From Synechocystis sp. PCC 6803 substr. PCC-P (GTDB lineage: Bacteria; Cyanobacteriota; Cyanobacteriia; Cyanobacteriales; Microcystaceae): a stretch of 32,000 nucleotides of DNA. Below the pieces are notes generated by a model that did not search any database, was not told the origin of the DNA, and saw only the letters and a list, made by a program, of their open reading frames with translations. Below are positions 31,228 through 32,000 of this stretch, piece by piece (position 1 is the stretch's first letter; each line of letters starts with the position of its first letter). The position numbers and the translations under genes are program-made. Location of the stretch: contig NC_017039.1 in the NCBI RefSeq assembly GCF_000284455.1, positions 630,001 to 662,000 on the forward strand, written 5' to 3'.

Positions 31228-32000
31228 CAATACTTTTTACCAAAATTCAAGCAATGTCAGACTCTACCGATTTGGATAGAGCAATAGATAAGCTTGACAA
31301 AATTTCTATTAATTTTGGTGCCGTAGATGAACAGATAAGGTGTTTTGCATTTTTATTAGCAATTGCCGAAGAAAATATTGCTGAGATTGTCTTAGGTATA
31401 TTAGTTAGAGGAATCATGAAATATGAACCAAATAGGGTTAATAATGAAGTTCTTTGGCTATTTTTGGCAGCCGTTTTGTCTCGTTCAAATATTACGCCTG
31501 CCAGTGCTTTAAGAATTAGTCTTTTAGGAATAGTATCTCGTATTGAAGATTGGGCATCACCCATTTTTGCATTACTAGTTACCGCATTAGATAGTTTTTT
31601 ACGTAATAGCCTGGAATATGGAGACCCTTTAATTGCAGAGCAAACTTTAGATTTTCTTGCCACTTGGGGCGAGAATTATGCTCAAGCACCTCGTACTTTA
31701 GAGCAAGTTGCAAAGATTAACTCTTTAGCTCGTTTAGTTTTACAAAAAGTTGATGAACCTATTCTTCAGGAGGAATGGTCAGAAGGGTTAGATTTATTTT
31801 TAAATATTGCTCATATTGCTTGTAAAATAAAATATTCAGATCAACGTATTTGGTCGTCTTCAGTAGAACTACTTAAGGATCTCTATCCTGTAAATATTTT
31901 AAATAATAATAATGAATATTCAGACAAGCACCGTCAAGTTCAAAAAAATATTCTAAAATTAATTGATTCTTCTCTGGCTGTAATCGGAACTATTTTTGTT
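31224..32000 (+). CDS. Hypothetical all-helical protein, 3'-truncated by the window end (not in the supplied ORF track)
   Basis: My own translation of the frame starting at ATG 31224 gives MTILFTKIQAMSDSTDLDRAIDKLDKISINFGAVDEQIRCFAFLLAIAEENIAEIVLGILVRG...KLIDSSLAVIGTIFV. It is open for all 259 codons to base 32000. The frame is closed upstream by TAA at 31212. The listed minus-strand ORF 31247..31663 is its antisense shadow. Confidence 0.6.
   Translation, partial: MTILFTKIQAMSDSTDLDRAIDKLDKISINFGAVDEQIRCFAFLLAIAEENIAEIVLGILVRGIMKYEPNRVNNEVLWLFLAAVLSRSNITPASALRISLLGIVSRIEDWASPIFALLVTALDSFLRNSLEYGDPLIAEQTLDFLATWGENYAQAPRTLEQVAKINSLARLVLQKVDEPILQEEWSEGLDLFLNIAHIACKIKYSDQRIWSSSVELLKDLYPVNILNNNNEYSDKHRQVQKNILKLIDSSLAVIGTIFV

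Noticed and set aside
31247-31663. 138-aa minus-strand ORF listed in the track
   Set aside because: The opposite strand carries a longer ORF (31224 to beyond 32000) that is open to the window end and is ATGA-coupled to the upstream gene. I treat the minus ORF as its antisense shadow.

Overview
The window looks like chromosomal DNA from a unicellular cyanobacterium. The HIP1 octamer GCGATCGC is frequent. Gene content and order match my memory of the Synechocystis sp. PCC 6803 region sll0998 to slr1031; all locus tags here are recalled and unverified.

Most of the window is housekeeping genes in alternating orientation:
- rbcR-like LysR regulator, gifA (IF7), a PhzF-family protein, tRNA-Leu(UAG), miaB, sqdB
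- a DUF2470 protein, a Uma2 endonuclease-like protein, an RCK potassium channel with a YqiJ/NfeD-like membrane protein
- argD, a cupin, a fibrillin, frmB-frmA with tRNA-Arg(UCU) just upstream, chlI, tyrS

The dominant feature is one 11.9-kb ORF (16231..28149, about 3970 aa). It encodes a mosaic surface or adhesin-type protein with these modules: SwmB-like Ig repeats, a LamG domain, three blocks of FG-GAP (integrin-alpha-like) repeats, a bulb-type mannose lectin with a perfect QxDxNxVxY motif, an Asp-box propeller-like region, RTX-like glycine/aspartate repeats, Calx-beta, and a C-terminal DUF4114.

Other items worth a second look:
- An AT-rich, HIP1-free two-gene cassette at the right edge. 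Its second gene is absent from the supplied ORF track because it runs off the window, and it is joined to the first by an ATGA overlap.
- A small secreted protein built of 33-nt (11-aa) SFPDxKVQxV tandem repeats.
- A stretch of about 14 kb with no perfect HIP1 site, covering most of the giant gene.
- A palindromic NtcA box sitting in the -35 position of the gifA promoter.
- Two orphan noncoding regions next to the tRNA genes.

I saw no CRISPR array, rRNA, transposase or integrase. All family assignments rest on motif recognition by eye and memory; no searches were run.
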